Source: Terriglobia bacterium
GTDB taxonomy: Bacteria > Acidobacteriota > Polarisedimenticolia > Polarisedimenticolales > JAIQFR01
Direction of reading: 5' to 3'
NCBI GenBank assembly: GCA_963748015.1
Contig: CAVVHE010000005.1
Location: 1 to 64,000 of the forward strand
Length of the DNA: 64,000 nucleotides
The translations under genes and the position numbers were made by a program. Positions 59,385 to 64,000 of this stretch are shown here, one piece after another (position 1 is the first letter of the stretch; every line of letters begins with the position of its first letter). The notes beneath the pieces are model-generated. The model searched no databases. It was not told the origin of the DNA and saw only the letters and a list, made by a program, of their open reading frames with translations.

Positions 59385-60027
59385 TCAGATCGCCACGATG
59401 CCGTGCTTGATGGCGAAGTGGACCAGCTCGGCGCTGTGGTGCAGGCCGAGCGTTTCCATCATCTGGTATTTGTGGAACTCCACGGTGCGGGCGGAGATGC
59501 CGAGCGTGCCGGCAATTTCCTTGGCCGACCGGCCCTCGGCCAGCAGTTGGAGGATCTCGCGCTGGCGCGGGGTCAGCGTCGCGACCGGATCGCTGGCCGC
59601 TGGCGGCGGGTCCTGCAGGGCCTGGAACACTTCGCCGGCCAGCGCCGGCGTGAGGTAGGTCTTGCCCGTCCAGCGCCGCCCGCAGGGCCGCGACCAGTTC
59701 GGCCGGGGCGGAGTGTTTCAGCACGAACCCGGCGGCGCCGGCTTCCAGCGCCCGGCGCGCATACGCCACCTCCTGATGCATGGTGAGGAAGACAACCTTC
59801 ACGCGCGGGTTGTCCTTCTTGAGCAGCCCCAGCGCATCCAGCCCGTTCAGGTGCGGCATGGTGATGTCCGCCACGATCACATCGGGGTGCAGTTTCTTCG
59901 CCGCGTCAATCAAGGCGCGCCCGTCCTCCACCACCCCCACCAGATCGAACTCGGGGCTGAGCAGGCTTCGCAAACCCTCGGCCACCATGCGGTGGTCGTC
60001 GGCGAGAAGAACGCGGGGACGAGGCAT
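59385..60027 (-). CDS. NarL/LuxR family response regulator, frameshift near 59665
   Basis: LLADDH, ADITMP, FLTMH, then LTPRQREIL...KEIA...TVEFHK. Confidence 0.92.
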
Positions 60028-60031
60028 AAGG

Positions 60032-60066
60032 AAAGGCTAAAGGCTAAAGGCTAAAGGCTGAAGGCT
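60032..60066. repeat. Heptamer array, 5 x RAAGGCT
   Basis: aaaggct four times, then gaaggct. Confidence 0.95.
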
Positions 60067-60427
60067 AAGGGTTGGATTTGGCGTTTTTGTCAATGGTTGT
60101 GAAGATGGCAACCAATTGGCGGGTTTCATTCAGCAGATCAGCCATGATCCTTGCGGACACACAGCCACTGTCCACGAGAAGTTCGAGCCAGTATTCGGTT
60201 TCTTCGATCTCCTTGAGGCAGTCGCCGATCTTTGAAATGAACTCGGCTTTCGAGCGACCGCGCGAGGCTTCGCGGTAATTCGCCCCAACGGAGGTCCCCG
60301 AGCGCAAAGCCTGCTTGCCAAGCACTTGGGCAACCGTATCGCTTTTCGGCAGCTTCGAGTACATGCGGATAACTCGCAGCGCGAACTCCTTCGTCCGCGG
60401 TTTCAAATCTCGCCGCTCCTCATTCAT
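60065..60427 (-). CDS. Four helix bundle protein (TIGR02436 / 23S rRNA IVP-like family)
   Basis: DLKPRTKEFALRVI, KQALRSGTSVGANYREA, SKAEFISK, EIEETEYWLELL; lower GC than its neighbours. Confidence 0.93.
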   Translation of the reverse strand: MNEERRDLKPRTKEFALRVIRMYSKLPKSDTVAQVLGKQALRSGTSVGANYREASRGRSKAEFISKIGDCLKEIEETEYWLELLVDSGCVSARIMADLLNETRQLVAIFTTIDKNAKSNP

Positions 60428-60453
60428 AATCTTCAACCTTCTTCCTGCTTCCC

Positions 60454-60488
60454 AGCCTTCAGCCTTCAGCCTTCAGCCTTCAGCCTTT
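60454..60488. repeat. Heptamer array, 5 x AGCCTTY (inverted partner of 60032..60066)
   Basis: agccttc four times, then agccttt. Confidence 0.95.
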
Positions 60489-62635
60489 GTTAACGGCACC
60501 CACGCCACGACCGTGGTGCCGTGGCCCGGGGCACTTTCGATGTCCAGTTCGCCCCCGAGCAACCGCACGCGCTCGCGCATGCTGGCCAGGCCCAGGCTGC
60601 GCCGCTCCGACCTCGGGACCGGATCGAAGCCGGTGCCGTTGTCCTGGATGGCCAGTTGCAATCCGCCCTGCATGGGCCGGAGGGTGACCTGCACGGTGGA
60701 GGCGCGGGCATGGCGCGAGACGTTGCGCAACGCTTCCTGCGCCACGCGGAACAACCCGAGGGCGGTGTCCTGAGGCAGCGTGGCCGGCACGTCCTGCACT
60801 TTGACCTCGACCGCCGTGGGTTCCTGCCTCGCGAACCGCTCGCATTCCGCCTTCAAGGCGTCGGCCAGGCCGAGATCATCCACCAGCGAGGGATGCAGCC
60901 GGTAGGCCAGCGCGTGCACATCCTCGCTCAGCCGCACCAAGCCCTCGCGCACCTCGCGCAGCGTTTCGGCCGGAGACGACTCGGGCGTGCCTCGCTCGCA
61001 CTGTCCGACATCCATCGCCAGTCGCGCCAGGCGTTGGGTGATGTCATCGTGCAATTCGCGGCCCAGCCGCGCCCGTTCCTCTTCCTGGGCGCGAAGCAGG
61101 CGTCCGCTCAGGTCTCGCGCGGACTCCTCGACCTGCTTCCGCCCGGTGACGTCCACCGACGCGCCCAGCATTCGAACCCGGCGTCCGTTGCCGTTCGAAT
61201 CCAGACGCCCGCGCGCGGCGATCCAGCGCTGCGTGCCGTCCGGCAGGACCACGCGGTATTCGCCTTTGTATTCGGCCTGCTCCTTCACCGCCCGCTGCAC
61301 GGTGGCGTCCACCGTGGCGCGATCCTCCGGGTGAATCCGCTCCAGCACGCTCTCGTAATGAACGGCCTCGCCGGGTTGAAAGCCCAACATCTGTCGCCAG
61401 TGCTTCGACGCCCAAACCCCGTTGTCATCGAGGTTCCAAACCCAGACGCCGACGTCCCCCGCCGCGACCGCCACGCTCAGTCGTTCCTCGCTCTCCCGTA
61501 GCGCCCGTTCCGCCCGGCGCCGCCTGAGCAGATTTGACAGCAACAGGATGATCAGGACGCCCTCGACCACACAGGTCGAGGTGATGGCGATGATCCGCCA
61601 CCGGTGCTGCTCCCACAACGTCGGCTCGCGGAACTTCACTACGCTGTCTGGGGGCAGTCGGGACTCGCTGATGCCCCAGCGCTGGAGTTCGCGCCCATCG
61701 AAGACCGGCGTTCCCGAGTCGAGCACTTGCGGGGCGATGCTCTCGGGCCTTTCGCCCCGCAGGATGCGGATGGCCGTGCGGGCGCCTTGTGAGCCCACCT
61801 CGGCCTCCTGATAGAGCCGGCCGCCGATGGGGCCGAGCCCCAGTTCGCTTGCAAAAAAACCGAACAGCGGCGCATTGGCGCCCTCGTGCAAGCCTCGCAA
61901 CGCTTCGTTCTTCTCGTAGGGAACCCCGGCCACATCCACCAGGAAGAAGACATGCAGGATGAAGGACTGGGGCGGCAGGTGGGCGCACCGATCGAGCACC
62001 TGTGGCAAAGGCAGTTCGTTCAGCCACGTGAACCCCACGCGGTTGGTGAAACCTTGGAATTCGCGCCGGCACTCATTAACCCAGAAACGCTCCAGCGCCG
62101 AAGCCCCGAACACCACCGCGATGTTGGTCGTCTGGGGCTGCAACTGCAGGATGTCCTCGACCATCCCCGAAAGATCAGCCTGGTGAGCCACCAAGGTTGC
62201 ATTGGTCCGCAGAAACGCGGGAGGCACCGTTCGCGGGTCCGCCGCCACCACCACCACCGGGGTCGCCGGGAAGAGGCGTTCCCGGTGCCGCGCCGCAAAG
62301 CTAACCCCGCCCCCCCCGATGGGGACCACCAGATCCACCGGACGGCTGCGGATCCGGCCTTCCAGGAACATTACGAACGACCCCTCACCGTCAGCTTCCG
62401 CGAACCGCGCCAGGTCCAGAGGCACCTCGTAGATGTCCACCGGTTCCCCCAGCTCCCGCGTCAACGTGGTGCGGAAGGCCGAGATCACGCTGCTGAACGG
62501 TGCCGCCTCCTGCGTGGACGGGTTGAGAATGAGGACCCTTTTGGGGCTGGCAGCCGAAGCGCAGAGCGTGGCCAGGGCCAGGAGCAGGCCAGGCCAGAGC
62601 CTGGCTGGACACGCCGTGGTCAGGTGGACATTCAC
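60473..62635 (-). CDS. Sensor histidine kinase (periplasmic binding-like domain, TM, PAS, HisKA_3, HATPase)
   Basis: IHPEDR, RELHDDITQ, QEALRNVSRH, IQDNGTGF, LGLASMRER. Confidence 0.93.
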   Translation of the reverse strand: MNVHLTTACPARLWPGLLLALATLCASAASPKRVLILNPSTQEAAPFSSVISAFRTTLTRELGEPVDIYEVPLDLARFAEADGEGSFVMFLEGRIRSRPVDLVVPIGGGGVSFAARHRERLFPATPVVVVAADPRTVPPAFLRTNATLVAHQADLSGMVEDILQLQPQTTNIAVVFGASALERFWVNECRREFQGFTNRVGFTWLNELPLPQVLDRCAHLPPQSFILHVFFLVDVAGVPYEKNEALRGLHEGANAPLFGFFASELGLGPIGGRLYQEAEVGSQGARTAIRILRGERPESIAPQVLDSGTPVFDGRELQRWGISESRLPPDSVVKFREPTLWEQHRWRIIAITSTCVVEGVLIILLLSNLLRRRRAERALRESEERLSVAVAAGDVGVWVWNLDDNGVWASKHWRQMLGFQPGEAVHYESVLERIHPEDRATVDATVQRAVKEQAEYKGEYRVVLPDGTQRWIAARGRLDSNGNGRRVRMLGASVDVTGRKQVEESARDLSGRLLRAQEEERARLGRELHDDITQRLARLAMDVGQCERGTPESSPAETLREVREGLVRLSEDVHALAYRLHPSLVDDLGLADALKAECERFARQEPTAVEVKVQDVPATLPQDTALGLFRVAQEALRNVSRHARASTVQVTLRPMQGGLQLAIQDNGTGFDPVPRSERRSLGLASMRERVRLLGGELDIESAPGHGTTVVAWVPLTKAEG

Positions 62636-63209
62636 ACGCAGCGACGAAGGCTAGCAAGCCCGGAGCCCGCCCAGCAAGCGGCAAGACCGCATGGCTGTGT
62701 GGGTGGGCCAGATCAGCCGCGACATCGGCCTGCGACTACCAACCCGCGTTCAGTGCCTCCAAGCGCGGCCCAAGCCGGCAGGGCGGCGGCCAATGGATGA
62801 CGGTGCGCTATGACCCGCAACGCGGGAAGGCCATCCTCGACGGCGAACTCCGCTTGGCAGACGCAGCAGGCTTCTTAGACAAACACATCGAAATCGGCCG
62901 ATTTGCCCTGGAAACTTTTCTTTCGGGCCTTGCCGGCGTTTTTCCGCGCCGCCCGCGGCCATGAACTCACGGAACCGGAATTGAAGCAACTCGCGGACGA
63001 CATCCGCAAGCTGCACATCCGCGACCCCCCCCTGAACCATCATTGCCGACATGGAGCAGGTCTGGGGGCGAATCAAGAAAGCGGCTGTTCGTCTGGATCG
63101 GGATGGCATTTGGCCGGCGGCTTGACGGTGCGGCTGCGGATACTGCGCGCTGGGCCGCAGTTGCAGGCAAACACCCCTGGCGCGGACGGAAATGTCCGGG
63201 AGCAAGGGG

Positions 63210-64000
63210 TCAGGGCGCTCCGGGAGGTTTGGGCGGCCGAGACCGGAAATAGTAGGTGGTCACAAAATTGAGCTGGAATTCCTTGTCGCCGCCATCGAAC
63301 GGCTTCTTGAACGAGAGTGAGAAGCCCAAGGGCAGCCGCACCAGTTGTTTGGCCAGGACGAACTTGGCCGAGTGGGTCCAGTGATCGTTGTTCTCGAAGT
63401 CCACTTTGGCTTCGTAGCGGGCGGACACCGACCAGTGCTGTGGCAGGAGGTAAGTCGCAGGAAAGTAGATCTCCATGAATTGCTGCGGGTTGACGCCATC
63501 CTCTTCCGCGATGGACTGGTTGTATTCCACGGAGGGGCTCAACGTGAGCTGCCGGGTGACATCCCACGCCACCGTTCCCAGCAGTTGGGGCTGCCAAACG
63601 TTGTCGCCGAGGTCGTCGTCGGTCGCGGAGGGGAAGCGCATCTCGAGTCCGAGGGCGGTTCGCCACGTCTCGCCCAGTCGGAAGGCCGTGCCCGTCCCCA
63701 GTTTGATGTCGCCCAACCCCTGCTGGTCCGAATCCGCGGGGTCATCGCCGGCGACGTGGAACTCGAAGGGCACCTTGAGTCGCACCGCCCAGTCCTGGTG
63801 GTCCGAGACCCGCCACGCCCAGAGTGTGCCCAGTGTTTCTTCAATGTCCTGGCTGCCCCCCTCGTAACTGTTCCATTCCGTGTCGGACCACACGCGGCGT
63901 TTCAGAATCGTCGGGTCTTCCTGTGACTTCAGCTCCTCGGCGATGGCCTGCTGTTCGTCGGGCGCCGCGGGGGGGTCGGCGGCAACCAGGGCGGGAGTCA
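63210..64000 (-). CDS. Putative outer membrane beta-barrel (Phenol_MetA_deg-like), 5' end outside the window
   Basis: Frame open to the window end; EDPT motif, GLGDIKLG, alternating beta strands, late YYF. Confidence 0.7.
   Translation of the reverse strand, partial: TPALVAADPPAAPDEQQAIAEELKSQEDPTILKRRVWSDTEWNSYEGGSQDIEETLGTLWAWRVSDHQDWAVRLKVPFEFHVAGDDPADSDQQGLGDIKLGTGTAFRLGETWRTALGLEMRFPSATDDDLGDNVWQPQLLGTVAWDVTRQLTLSPSVEYNQSIAEEDGVNPQQFMEIYFPATYLLPQHWSVSARYEAKVDFENNDHWTHSAKFVLAKQLVRLPLGFSLSFKKPFDGGDKEFQLNFVTTYYFRSRPPKPPGAP

Noticed and set aside
60065..60427. Diversity-generating retroelement (Avd-like gene)
   Set aside because: No reverse transcriptase and no template/variable repeat pair with adenine-specific differences in the window.
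62903..63271. 122-aa plus-strand ORF with a helical-looking patch (ELTEPELKQLADDIRKL)
   Set aside because: TTG start, no recognisable family, overlaps the next gene; may be a remnant but cannot be supported.

Overview
High-GC bacterial DNA, probably Verrucomicrobiota (inferred from protein style and repeat families). Nearly all genes are on the minus strand. In coordinate order: (1) ion transport and carbon storage genes (VIT-like, cax, K+ channel, glgP, pckA, glgX, DUF2254); (2) a secreted WDG-repeat beta-propeller protein and a signal-peptide-bearing RHS polymorphic toxin with a candidate immunity gene and an orphan RHS copy; (3) exported proteins, a GYF_2-cNMP protein and a Y1/RAYT-type transposase surrounded by three REP dyads; (4) a chemosensory operon (cheA, cheW-CZB, cheW, mcp, cheR, cheB, REC) followed by a partner-switching module and a probable guanylyl cyclase; (5) sulP, AI-2E, a vapC pair, lipoproteins, VOC, ppk2, an RND pump and two DUF2959 paralogs; (6) a two-component pair interrupted by a four-helix-bundle gene. 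The most striking unexplained structure is a set of inverted 7-nt tandem arrays. One pair forms a 35-bp stem, complete only on the sense RNA, around the four-helix-bundle gene. Two gene-less elements of similar design sit in frame in the signal-peptide regions of two lipoprotein genes. Many genes carry single-base frameshifts that look like long-read errors. No rRNA, tRNA or CRISPR array was seen. All family calls are from motif recognition; no searches were run.
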